A stretch of DNA of 16,264 nucleotides from Candidatus Poribacteria bacterium (GTDB lineage: Bacteria > Poribacteria > WGA-4E > UBA9662), in assembly GCA_036339735.1 (NCBI GenBank), contig JAYZAL010000065.1, positions 1 to 16,264 on the forward strand. The letters run 5' to 3'. Below the pieces are notes generated by a model that did no database searches, was not told the origin of the DNA, and saw only the letters and a list, made by a program, of their open reading frames with translations. This document shows positions 7,073-15,997 of this stretch, piece by piece; position 1 is the stretch's first letter; the number at the start of each line of letters is the position of its first letter. The position numbers and the translations under genes are program-made.

Positions 7073-7843
7073 TCATTCAGGCTGGTGAATTTGTAATAAG
7101 TATCGTTGGGCTGGTGGCATTCGCTCATACAAAGATGAAGTTAAGAAATCCTGCTGTATAAATTGCTGTTGCTCGTGACGTAAACAATAGGATAAATGAG
7201 CAACTCTTCTCCTTGCGCCACTGACATTGAGTGTCCCCCCATGCCAAGTGTGAGCATTCAGAATGACTATACTGCCGGCTGGTGCGATGACATAAACTTC
7301 GTCTTGATGAGCTTCTAGCGGGTTGTTCATGACATCTTCAGGTCGTAAACCTGAACGGTGTGAACCAGGAACAACCCTAGCTGCTCCGTTATCCGATGTA
7401 AAAGGGTCGAATAGAATCAGGGAATTGACAATATGGTAATCACCCATATTAACAGCTCTACCGTAGTCGCTGTGAAGCCTTTGGTGACCAAATCCAGGTG
7501 AAGCGTCTCGAATATTAAAACCGTGTACTTTGAAGGCCGGCTGCAAGAGATGAAAAGCCGTCGCTAACAACGGTTTAATGTAAAGGCAATCATCAAACTC
7601 TTCTGTTTTATTTAGACCATTCGATAGCCTTGGAGCTCCGGGTTCAGTATGGACCTCCCAACCACCGCGTTTACCTTCAACTTGCTGAATCTGGTCGAAC
7701 CGATTCCGCATTCTGGAACACGATTCTTCGCTCAATACGCCTTCAACAACAAAAAAACCATCTTCGTCTAACGCTTGCCTCTGGCAGGCTGTAAGTGTAT
7801 GTTTGTCTACACCAAGTTCCGCTAATGCTTGCTTGGTATCCAC
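7073..7843 (-). CDS. PhyH-like Fe(II)/2-oxoglutarate dioxygenase
   Basis: LDEDGFFVVEGVL; QRLHSD (HxD); NGAARVVPGSH; AGSIVILNAHTWHGG; RRR. GTG start 6 nt after the ctpA stop. Confidence 0.9.
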   Translation of the reverse strand: MDTKQALAELGVDKHTLTACQRQALDEDGFFVVEGVLSEESCSRMRNRFDQIQQVEGKRGGWEVHTEPGAPRLSNGLNKTEEFDDCLYIKPLLATAFHLLQPAFKVHGFNIRDASPGFGHQRLHSDYGRAVNMGDYHIVNSLILFDPFTSDNGAARVVPGSHRSGLRPEDVMNNPLEAHQDEVYVIAPAGSIVILNAHTWHGGTLNVSGARRRVAHLSYCLRHEQQQFIQQDFLTSSLYERMPPAQRYLLQIHQPE

Positions 7844-7849
7844 TTGTAT

Positions 7850-9379
7850 CTATAATTTTGATTGACTATCGTCAGTCGTTTGGTCGGTATTAGTCGAATA
7901 TTCTTGTATCGAACTTTGCACTTTTTCTTGCTGAATCAAGAGGATAGCTTCTTGTAATTGCCGATCATTTTCGCGATCGATCAGCTGGTATATGCCCACG
8001 TTATCGTTAAATATTCGCTCGGCCTCCAATCTGACGAGCTCTTCGCTTAATTCAATTTCATTTTCGGCTAATTTTTGCATTAGATCTGGCATTTTTGAAA
8101 CGAAAGGAGAAAAGTTTTTGGGAATACTGCCCAATGATTTCTCTTCTTCTTCGATCCAATTAATGACAAAATTGTTAACATATCTACCCAAACGCATCTT
8201 CTGACGCATTTGAGCTACATCGGTCTCTAATTGAAGTGGTGTGACTTTGATATGTGGTTCGATACCTTTTTTGTTAATAGAGACATCGTTAGGTGTGTAG
8301 TAAGTCGAGATGGTTAGCGAAACAGCACCGCCGCTTTCTAGCGAGAACCGTTGCTGTACAACCCCTTTACCATAGGTTTTTTCACCGACTAGCAGAGCTC
8401 GCTTATGGTCTTTCAAAGCTCCGGCCACGATCTCTGAACCGCTAGCACTATATTCGTTGATTAGTACAATGACATCAACGTTTAGTGGACAGATCGTGCG
8501 CGCACTCGCCCGGTGCTCTCGATTGAATTGTGCGAGTCTTCCTTTCGTAGAAACGATCAAGCCACCGGAAAGGAAAGCATCTGTAACAGAATTAGCAGAA
8601 ACCAGTAAACCACCGGGATTATAGCGCAGATCTAAGATCAGCGATTTCACGTCTTTAATTTTTCCATTGGGGAAGAATTCTTGCATAGCTTGACGGAATT
8701 CTTTATCGGTTAGACCTGTAAAACGGTTGAGGCGCATATAACCAATTGCCCCATCGATAATGGTCTGTTCGACACTACTAATCTTAATCTCGGCTCGAGT
8801 CAAAGTTACATCGAAAGGTTCCTTAACACTTCGTCTTTGAATGGTTATAGTAATGTCGGTACCAATTTCACCCCGAATTTTAGTAACAATGTCATTGAGT
8901 GTAACACCAGTTGTCCCACCAATACTGACGGGGTCTCCTTCGACTTTGACAATATAGTCCCCCGCGTGAAGCCCAGCCCGCATAGCCGGTGTATTCGGTA
9001 ATGGTCGTGCAATCTTAACCAATCCACTGTCTTCGTATATAGTGATACCTAATCCACCAAATTTACCTCGAATTAACGTTTCTTGCTCATACTGTTGTTC
9101 CTGTGGAGATTGATAAAATGAGTAAGGGTCACCAAGAGCAGACAAAGCTCCCTGAATCGCACCTTCATACAACTTTTCACGATCTACATCCTCGTAAAAG
9201 TTTTTCTCAGCCAGTCTTACTGTCTCATCAAGAGTTCGGATCATACTCATGGTGGTTCGTTTTTTGAATCTCTGGCTGACAGCTTCTCGCCCACCAAAGC
9301 TAAAAAACATAGACACAGAAACAACCACTATGCTCAATGCCAACAGCGGAAAGGCTTTCTTTTTCAAATAAGTTCCCAT
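7850..9379 (-). CDS. ctpA: Carboxy-terminal processing protease (peptidase S41A) with PDZ domain and N-terminal membrane anchor/signal
   Basis: LGDPYS; FGGLGI (PDZ); PAMRAGL; IGYMRL; LILDLRYNPGG; SASGSEIVAGAL (catalytic Ser); KTYGKG (Lys); YYTP; GIEP; DRQLQEAI. RBS AGAGGA upstream. Confidence 0.95.
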   Translation of the reverse strand: MGTYLKKKAFPLLALSIVVVSVSMFFSFGGREAVSQRFKKRTTMSMIRTLDETVRLAEKNFYEDVDREKLYEGAIQGALSALGDPYSFYQSPQEQQYEQETLIRGKFGGLGITIYEDSGLVKIARPLPNTPAMRAGLHAGDYIVKVEGDPVSIGGTTGVTLNDIVTKIRGEIGTDITITIQRRSVKEPFDVTLTRAEIKISSVEQTIIDGAIGYMRLNRFTGLTDKEFRQAMQEFFPNGKIKDVKSLILDLRYNPGGLLVSANSVTDAFLSGGLIVSTKGRLAQFNREHRASARTICPLNVDVIVLINEYSASGSEIVAGALKDHKRALLVGEKTYGKGVVQQRFSLESGGAVSLTISTYYTPNDVSINKKGIEPHIKVTPLQLETDVAQMRQKMRLGRYVNNFVINWIEEEEKSLGSIPKNFSPFVSKMPDLMQKLAENEIELSEELVRLEAERIFNDNVGIYQLIDRENDRQLQEAILLIQQEKVQSSIQEYSTNTDQTTDDSQSKL

Positions 9380-9411
9380 ACGATTCCTCTAGAGTTTAAT
9401 GTTGCTCATTT

Positions 9412-9470
9412 GCTAGACTGACGTTTGAACCCCAACGTCGGTTTGAGCCTCTACCATCAGACAGTCTAAC
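9412..9470 (-). other. Structured intergenic element upstream of ctpA
   Basis: TAGACTG (9414-9420)/CAGTCTA (9462-9468) outer inverted repeat with inner GACGTT (9420-9425)/AACGTC (9434-9439). Confidence 0.35.
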
Positions 9471-9480
9471 ATATTTGGTC

Positions 9481-10464
9481 TTAGGCTGCATTATTGGAAT
9501 ATGGATTTTGATTGGGCTCGTCTGGCGGCCTGATTTTCCATCGATTATGTATCCACAGCCATTGATCCGGGTACTGACGAATATAAGTTTCTAAAAGACT
9601 TAACATTCTCTGTGTGTTGAACTGAATATCACTTTCGTAGTCATTCGTAATTCGTAGACTAGTTGGTGGGTGTACATGGATCTTATGCCTTCCGTCTGGT
9701 TGGCGGATGGCAATAGAAAATAAAATAGGGCTACCTGTTTTGATCGCTAAAGCAATTGGTCCTTTTACGGCATAAACAGGTTTGCCAAAAAACTCTACAA
9801 ACACACCTGCGTTGGCGGCATTCTGATCAGCCAAAAAACCAACAATTTCGTTGTTTTTTAAGGATCGAAGTGTTTCACGAATAGCTCGTCTTTGTGGAAT
9901 GATTTCAGTACTCAATAATTGTCGATAAGACCATACCCAATCGTTGAGTAAACGGTTTTTGAGACGAAAAGCAATAGCTTTGACACGGTTGGGAAAACGC
10001 GCGCCATAGGCTAAGGAAAGTATCTCCCAATTACCAAAATGTGGCAAAAACAGAATGACACCCTTTTTCTTTTGAAGTGCTGCCGTTAGGTGTTTTTCGC
10101 CTTCCATTTCTACTGATTTCCACAAGCTTCGAGATGTGAAGATGGGAAATCGCAAAAACTCAATTACGGTTTGGCCAACTTGGCGAAAGTTACTCTGGCA
10201 AAGCCGGTCAATTTCAACTGCTGACAAATCGTCTGTGAAAGCTGAAGCTAAATTTGCCTTCGCGATAACGCGACGTCGCTTGAGCAGGCAATATGCCAAC
10301 CAGCCGAGCCTGTCACCTAAGCCGATTGCTGTTGCAAGCGAAACTCTTTGAACCAGATAGGAAAGGAGTCGAAGACTATGAAAAATGAGCCAATGGGAAC
10401 AATTACGCCAGATCGTCGGCTTTTCTCGCCAGCTGAAAATCAAGTTCACTAATTCCATCGACAT
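9481..10464 (-). CDS. Lipid A late acyltransferase (LpxL/HtrB/MsbB family); start uncertain (10464, 10458, 10449 or 10443)
   Basis: RRRVIAKANLASAF; HFGNWE (H-x4-D/E catalytic motif); LADQ; VEFFG; IRQYPDQWLWIHNRWK. Confidence 0.9.
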   Translation of the reverse strand: MSMELVNLIFSWREKPTIWRNCSHWLIFHSLRLLSYLVQRVSLATAIGLGDRLGWLAYCLLKRRRVIAKANLASAFTDDLSAVEIDRLCQSNFRQVGQTVIEFLRFPIFTSRSLWKSVEMEGEKHLTAALQKKKGVILFLPHFGNWEILSLAYGARFPNRVKAIAFRLKNRLLNDWVWSYRQLLSTEIIPQRRAIRETLRSLKNNEIVGFLADQNAANAGVFVEFFGKPVYAVKGPIALAIKTGSPILFSIAIRQPDGRHKIHVHPPTSLRITNDYESDIQFNTQRMLSLLETYIRQYPDQWLWIHNRWKIRPPDEPNQNPYSNNAA

Positions 10465-10687
10465 CGTGGGTTATTAAGTCGATCGATACCTTATTATAAA
10501 TATTAGACCATTCAGGATGGTGATTCATAGACTCAGCTACCAGTGCCAGTTGAGCCATGAAACCGAAGGCTTCGATAAAAGAGGAGAATTGAAATGTCTT
10601 GTGCAATTTACAATTTCGTATACACCAACCATCAAGTTGAGATAACCGGGATTGAACCTGATCAGCGGTCAATTTTCTTCGTGCCAC
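10403..10687 (-). CDS. phhB: Pterin-4-alpha-carbinolamine dehydratase
   Basis: LHKTFQFSSFIEAFGFM...AESMNHHPEWSNIYNKVSIDLITHDVDGISELDFQLA has the HHP...THD catalytic motif; GTG start. Confidence 0.95.
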   Translation of the reverse strand: MARRKLTADQVQSRLSQLDGWCIRNCKLHKTFQFSSFIEAFGFMAQLALVAESMNHHPEWSNIYNKVSIDLITHDVDGISELDFQLARKADDLA

Positions 10688-10749
10688 AATACCACTCTAA
10701 ACTAAGTATTAACAACATTGTCTTGACGTATTCTTCTCCTTATGCTTCG

Positions 10750-10764
10750 GCCCTAGCCTAGGGC
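10750..10764. promoter_or_regulatory. Perfect 7-1-7 palindrome GCCCTAG-C-CTAGGGC, candidate operator
   Basis: GC-rich palindrome in an AT-rich divergent intergenic region, 1 nt downstream of the -10 box of the minus-strand promoter. Confidence 0.45.
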
Positions 10765-10765
10765 T

Positions 10766-10794
10766 ATTGTATTACGAGTTTGATTTTAAGTCAA
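10766..10794 (-). promoter_or_regulatory. Putative sigma70 promoter for the phhB-acyltransferase-ctpA-phyH run
   Basis: Minus strand: TTGACT (10794-10789), exactly 17 nt, TACAAT (10771-10766); both boxes 5/6 consensus. Confidence 0.65.
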
Positions 10795-10814
10795 GTCAAA
10801 AGCTAGGCCATAAC

Positions 10815-10843
10815 TGGATACCTAACACTATCAATGCTAATAT
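10815..10843 (+). promoter_or_regulatory. Putative promoter for the beta-hydroxyacid dehydrogenase
   Basis: TGGATA (10815-10820), 17 nt, TAATAT (10838-10843) with an extended -10 TG at 10835-10836; GAGAGG RBS before ATG 10891. Confidence 0.35.
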
Positions 10844-10890
10844 AGTACCGCTTGTAATTGAATGACAATTCTAAGTGAGAGGTTTAAGAA

Positions 10891-11787
10891 ATGAAAAAAA
10901 TTGGTTTTATTGGTGTTGGCAATATGGGTGGGCGAATGGCCAAAAACATTCTAGAGGCTGGTTACGAAGTTACAGCTTTTGATGTCCGGAGTGAACCAGT
11001 TGAAGATTTAGTTAAGTTGGGTGCTAGAAAGGCTGAAACTCCTAGAACAGTTGGAGAAAATTCAGACGTTGTTTTTGCAATGGTAATGAATGGAGACCAG
11101 ATTAAGGCTATTTTAGACGGACCAAGTGGCCTACTAGGCGGCTTACGAGCAGGAGCAACACTTATTTGTACAGCTACTATACTTCGATCGGAAATGATCG
11201 AAATTGGCAAGATACTTACCGAAAAAGGGATCAATGTCATAGATTCACCAGTTAGTGGTGGTGCTCCGGGCGCTGAAGCAGGTACGCTAACCATGATGGT
11301 AGCTTGTTCTGAATTAGTTCTAGATAATAACCGTGAGTTACTAGAGATTGTAGGACAGAATATTTACCATGTAGGTGAAGATATCGGTATGGGCCAGACG
11401 GTCAAAGCCGCTTTGGCCGCCTTAACTGGAGTTACTTATGCCGGCATTTTCGAAGCTCTGATATTAGGTGTTAAGGCTGGTGTTAAGCCAGAAGTCTTAC
11501 AACAGGTAGTTGGTACTAGTGTAGTTGGTAATTTTCTTTTTCGAGATACCAGTCAAAACATCATCGATCGCAACTTCAAAGGGCAGAGCAACATAGGTAC
11601 TATGTTCAAAGATCTAGGTATTGCTCGAAGTATGGCTAAAGACTGTGGCGTACCACTGTTTACTACCAGCGTAGCCTATGAATTATTCCAAGCTGGTAAG
11701 GCGACGAATCCCGAAGAAGACAACTGGACCATCATAAAAATATTGGAAAATATTGTCGGTGTTACTGTTGGCGCTGACGAAAGTTAA
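10891..11787 (+). CDS. NAD(P)-dependent beta-hydroxyacid dehydrogenase (3-hydroxyisobutyrate / tartronate semialdehyde / L-threonate dehydrogenase family)
   Basis: IGFIGVGNMGGRMA; DSPVSGG...AEAGTLTMM; GMGQTVK (catalytic Lys); MFKDLGIA. Confidence 0.93.
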   Translation: MKKIGFIGVGNMGGRMAKNILEAGYEVTAFDVRSEPVEDLVKLGARKAETPRTVGENSDVVFAMVMNGDQIKAILDGPSGLLGGLRAGATLICTATILRSEMIEIGKILTEKGINVIDSPVSGGAPGAEAGTLTMMVACSELVLDNNRELLEIVGQNIYHVGEDIGMGQTVKAALAALTGVTYAGIFEALILGVKAGVKPEVLQQVVGTSVVGNFLFRDTSQNIIDRNFKGQSNIGTMFKDLGIARSMAKDCGVPLFTTSVAYELFQAGKATNPEEDNWTIIKILENIVGVTVGADES

Positions 11788-11912
11788 TTTTGACAAAAAC
11801 ATACCAATTCCAAAACACCTAAAAATCTATATCTCTCTTGGCTAACCTAAGATATCGATTGAGTTTTTATTAAGTTATGAACTTAAAAGTCTAATTCAAG
11901 CTAGTTGATTCG

Positions 11913-13808
11913 ATGACAAAAATCGGGCTCAATCGTTCTTCGGCAGTCGTTTCGCTACGATCGGTTGTATTGGGTAGTTTATTGATTCCATTAAATAATT
12001 ATTTCATCATGTGGAATCATCTTAGATACTGGAGTACGCTACCCACTACGATTTCGTTGATTTACAACGTTGTAATCACTGTGGTCGTTTTAGTAAGCCT
12101 GAATATTGTTATCAGAATCATTGCCCCCGAATTTGTTTTCCAACGAGGGGAACTTCTGACAATTTACACAATGTTATCGATCGGGTCTGTACTAGCAGGA
12201 CACGATATGATACAGACGATTATGCCAACAATATCGGATGGATTTTGGTTTGCTACTCCTGAAAACGAGTGGCAAAAACTTTTTGGCCACCATCTTCCAG
12301 TTTGGCTTGTCATAAACGATACTTCAGTTTTACCTGCGTTCTATTTTGGCGAAAGTACATTCTACACTTTCCATCATCTTTCTACTTGGTTCCGCCCAAT
12401 AATGTGTTGGGCTATCCTATTGATTATTTTGACCGGAATTATGATTTGTCTTTCGGCTTTGTTGAGCAAACAGTGGATTCGAAATGAGCGTCTCGCATAC
12501 CCTGTTATCCAATTACCCTTGGAGATTACTTACCCAAATGGACGTCTATTCAAGTCCAAGATGATGTGGCTGGGTTTTGCCATTGCCGGAAGTATTGATC
12601 TCATTAATGGCGTACATGTATTTTTACCAGTTCTACCACAGATCCCTGTTCGGCAAATCGAAATCGGTCAGTATGTGACCGAGAAACCATGGGCTGCCAT
12701 CGGTTGGACACCACTCTATATTTTGTCTTTTGCGGTCGGTCTGGGTTTTTTGATGCCAGTCAGTATGTCTTTTTCTGTTTGGTTTTTTTATCTTTTTTGG
12801 AAATTTGAACGCGTTTTAGGTCAGGCAATGGGTCTTGGTGCCTTACCTCGTTTTCCTTATGAGCGCTCACAAGTTATGGGTGGTTATTTGGCGTTGGCCA
12901 TAATGTCCATGTATCATGGAAAGCGATATTTTTGGTCGATCATCAAGTCAATATTAACTACAAAGCCTACTATAAAACATCCAAGATGGGCTATTTGGGG
13001 TTTAATTGGTGGATTAATTTTATTATTCTTTTACTCTAACCAAAATGGTATGAGCTTTTGGGTTTCCCCCCTATATTTTCTATTTTATTTTCTTTTGTCT
13101 GTTGGTATCACCCGTGTACGAGCAGAAGTTGGTCCACCAACTAATGAGGTAAGTGCTACTCCCCATCACTTTTTAGTTGATCTGTTTGGTAGTCGCCGTC
13201 TGGCACCACCTACACTGACCGCAATGAGTCTTTACGGAACATTCAACCGAGGGTCTCGAGCACATGTAATGCCTCATATTCTAGAAGGCTTCAAGGTAAT
13301 AGACAACGCTGGTGGTTCATCAATGTATCGTATTGTTTTTGTCATGCTATTAGCAACGGTCATTGGGGTTTTTTCCGCTTGTTGGTCTTACCTTGACGTT
13401 GGTTATCAAATCGGTGTGAGTAGCGATATAGGAGTTAGCCAATATAATATGCTTCGAAATTGGCTCTATTACCCTACAGAAATGGATATGGTCTCTGTTT
13501 CTTTTATGGTAGTTGGCGCATTAGTTGTCAATTCACTCTGGTGGCTAAGAAACTACTTTCCACTCTCACCTTTTCACCCCGCTGGCTATGTCATTGGAAG
13601 CAGCAACTGGACTGGTGGTTGGCTATGGTTTTCTATTTTCATGAGTTGGCTAATCAAAATTACTGTACTTCGTTTTGGGGGAATTCGCCTATACCGCCGA
13701 GTTTACCCTATTTTTCTAGGCCTTTTATTAGGAGAATTTATTGTCGGTGGTAGTTGGGTACTATTTCGTCTTTTTTCCGGTTTAACTGTCTATTCTTTCT
13801 ATCGATAG
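11913..13808 (+). CDS. Large polytopic membrane protein, DUF6785/DUF6784-like putative transporter
   Basis: 631 aa with many hydrophobic segments. Motifs GELLTIYTML, QWIRNERLAYPVIQLP, RVRAEVG, HPAGY and RFGGIRLYRRVYPIFLGLLLGE. Family assignment is recalled, not searched. Confidence 0.75.
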   Translation: MTKIGLNRSSAVVSLRSVVLGSLLIPLNNYFIMWNHLRYWSTLPTTISLIYNVVITVVVLVSLNIVIRIIAPEFVFQRGELLTIYTMLSIGSVLAGHDMIQTIMPTISDGFWFATPENEWQKLFGHHLPVWLVINDTSVLPAFYFGESTFYTFHHLSTWFRPIMCWAILLIILTGIMICLSALLSKQWIRNERLAYPVIQLPLEITYPNGRLFKSKMMWLGFAIAGSIDLINGVHVFLPVLPQIPVRQIEIGQYVTEKPWAAIGWTPLYILSFAVGLGFLMPVSMSFSVWFFYLFWKFERVLGQAMGLGALPRFPYERSQVMGGYLALAIMSMYHGKRYFWSIIKSILTTKPTIKHPRWAIWGLIGGLILLFFYSNQNGMSFWVSPLYFLFYFLLSVGITRVRAEVGPPTNEVSATPHHFLVDLFGSRRLAPPTLTAMSLYGTFNRGSRAHVMPHILEGFKVIDNAGGSSMYRIVFVMLLATVIGVFSACWSYLDVGYQIGVSSDIGVSQYNMLRNWLYYPTEMDMVSVSFMVVGALVVNSLWWLRNYFPLSPFHPAGYVIGSSNWTGGWLWFSIFMSWLIKITVLRFGGIRLYRRVYPIFLGLLLGEFIVGGSWVLFRLFSGLTVYSFYR

Positions 13809-14034
13809 CTATGAGTTTTTATTTAAATTTGGTAAAACTAAGTTCTAGGTCGAATCCAGAGCATCTTCACTTAAATATAACTTAAAGAACGATAATTTTT
13901 ACATTGAATCGATAGATAAAATTTGCTAAAAAGAAAAAGCTAATTCGTAGTCTTTCTATCATAAATCTGACTTGGATCAATAGCCTAGTTCCGCGTTATA
14001 TTTCCCCTTTCTAAGGAGAAGGAGTATTCGGAAG

Positions 14035-14835
14035 ATGAATCAAAAATCACATGTTATGAAGCGTTTCAGCAATCGGGTAGTGCTTGTCACGGGTGGAGCC
14101 TCTGGTATTGGACGAGCAACCTCAGTTCGTCTAGCGAGCGAAGGGGCACAAGTAATTATTGCCGATAAAGATACTGAGTTAGGGGAAAAAGCTGTCTCCA
14201 ATATCGAGCAGAATGGAGGACAAGCTATTTTTATACCCGTTGATTTAGCTAATGATGATTCGGTTAAATCAGCTGGGCAGGCCGTAGCACAAAGCTATCT
14301 TTCTCTGGACGCAATTGTTAATAACGCAGCCATTTTGAGACAAGGCCGAATCGAAGATGGTTCTTGGCTGGAGAACTGGGATCCAGAAACACGAATAGGT
14401 TTACGGGGCTGGGTACTAATGACGCAAGAGTTGTTACCATTGATGAAGCAAAGAGGTGGTGGTATTGTTAACTTATCATCTGAAGGTGGGTTCTTAGGAA
14501 GAGCAAACCAATGGGTATATGATGCCATCAAATCGGGGTTAGTTTCACTAACCAAGACCATGGCTGCCGAATTCGTCAATTATGGAATTCGAGTCAACGC
14601 CGTTGCTCCTGGTTGGATTGTGACAGAAATGCACTTTGGTAATCACGAAAATCCTGAAAAACGCAAAAAAGAACTGGAAACATCGACCATCAAATCTTGC
14701 ATCATGGGTCGACTAGGAACCGCTGAGGAGATAGCTTCAGTAATAACATTTTTACTCAGCGATGATGCGTCTTATATCACAGGTCAAACCATCCATGTTG
14801 ATGGAGGCCGGTGGGGTATGTCAGTTGGAAACTAG
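14035..14835 (+). CDS. Classical short-chain dehydrogenase/reductase (SDR), probably NAD(H)-preferring
   Basis: VTGGASGIG; Asp after beta-2 (IIAD); VNNAA; NLSS; YDAIK (YxxxK); GIRVNAVAPG; YITGQTIHVDGG. Tandem AAGGAG upstream; alternative ATG at 14056. Confidence 0.95.
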   Translation: MNQKSHVMKRFSNRVVLVTGGASGIGRATSVRLASEGAQVIIADKDTELGEKAVSNIEQNGGQAIFIPVDLANDDSVKSAGQAVAQSYLSLDAIVNNAAILRQGRIEDGSWLENWDPETRIGLRGWVLMTQELLPLMKQRGGGIVNLSSEGGFLGRANQWVYDAIKSGLVSLTKTMAAEFVNYGIRVNAVAPGWIVTEMHFGNHENPEKRKKELETSTIKSCIMGRLGTAEEIASVITFLLSDDASYITGQTIHVDGGRWGMSVGN

Positions 14836-14948
14836 CATTTAGGCTGTATTTACATAACATATAAACCTACAGAAACTGGAATTTTGACTCCATCGGAAAT
14901 TATAGCGTATTCGGAATGACACAAACGATTGACTTCCTGACGATTCTC

Positions 14949-15947
14949 TTAAGTCAGATCGACCTGAACTGGCACGTTTAGTTCAGCTGATTTCCATGCA
15001 GCTTCGGTTAATTGAATTACTCGCAACCCATTAGCCATATCAACTGGATTCTCTACCCGCTGCCCCCGAATCAATTCTATAAAAGCTAAGTCTTTATTGG
15101 TACCAGTTGGCAGGTCTGTTTCTTTTACCTGTAAGCGACCTGTTCCCTGTTCTTCTCTGTAGATTACGCCTTGACGAACGAAAAGTGTACCTTCCTCTAA
15201 CCAAATGGTGAAATCTTCGGACATTCCACCGACAGCATGCCCGACTACACTTATATTACATAAAGTACCAGTGTCAAACTTGATGGTCATAGCCGTTAGA
15301 ATATCTACCTCACAATCCTTATAATCCATCATGGCATAGACTTGACTGGGGCTGGCTTCCAAAATCCACAGTAAAATATCGATTAAATGACTGCCAGAAT
15401 CATTAAGCTGGCCGCCACCGCTAAGAGCCTGAGTCATACGCCAACGTCCTTGCTGGTTACGATACCAATTTTGACACTGATGTGCCGTCACAAAATTAAC
15501 TTTACCCAATTCACCACTCTGAACAACTTGGCGACAATACATATAGGCCGGCTGTAAATGCCTTTGATAACCAATCATTAAATGTAAACCAGTCTCTTTT
15601 ACCTTGTCGATTACTTGTTTAGCATGATCAACAGTACAGACCATTGGTTTTTCTGTGTGGACGTGACAGCCTGCATCCAAAGAATCCATGATTTGCTCAA
15701 AATGAAGAGTGTGTGGTGTACTGATAATGACCGCGTCAGGCTGAGTCTCAGTAAGCATAACCTTATGGTCATTATAGGCAGGTATATCATTTTTTAATTC
15801 AACTGATGACTTGAAATTACTGATTGCCGAGGAATTAACATCGACTAAGCCGACGATTTCCGTTCCCTCTGCGCTAGCGACGCTTCGCCCGTGTCCTTTT
15901 GAGTTTCCACCACATCCGATAAAAGCGATTCGGGTCGTATTTGACAT
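14949..15947 (-). CDS. Gfo/Idh/MocA family oxidoreductase
   Basis: RIAFIGCG; DAVIISTPHTLH; EKPM; GYQRH; SGGGQLNDSGSHLID. GCGGAG RBS upstream. Confidence 0.95.
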   Translation of the reverse strand: MSNTTRIAFIGCGGNSKGHGRSVASAEGTEIVGLVDVNSSAISNFKSSVELKNDIPAYNDHKVMLTETQPDAVIISTPHTLHFEQIMDSLDAGCHVHTEKPMVCTVDHAKQVIDKVKETGLHLMIGYQRHLQPAYMYCRQVVQSGELGKVNFVTAHQCQNWYRNQQGRWRMTQALSGGGQLNDSGSHLIDILLWILEASPSQVYAMMDYKDCEVDILTAMTIKFDTGTLCNISVVGHAVGGMSEDFTIWLEEGTLFVRQGVIYREEQGTGRLQVKETDLPTGTNKDLAFIELIRGQRVENPVDMANGLRVIQLTEAAWKSAELNVPVQVDLT

Positions 15948-15997
15948 GATTTTCTCCGCAAAATAGTGCTGATTATGGATTGTTTAATGTGAAATGG

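Noticed and set aside
9412..9470. tRNA-like look on the minus strand (TGGTAGAG resembling a D loop, GGTTCAAAC resembling a T loop)
   Set aside because: Only about 59 nt, no anticodon stem-loop, the T stem cannot pair (G opposite G) and there is no CCA. Kept only as a generic structured element.
7992..15797. Short nested ORFs 7992-8204, 8845-9027, 10136-10351, 10962-11294, 12269-12487, 13460-13753, 14295-14579, 15615-15797
   Set aside because: All lie inside longer motif-bearing CDSs and have no independent support.
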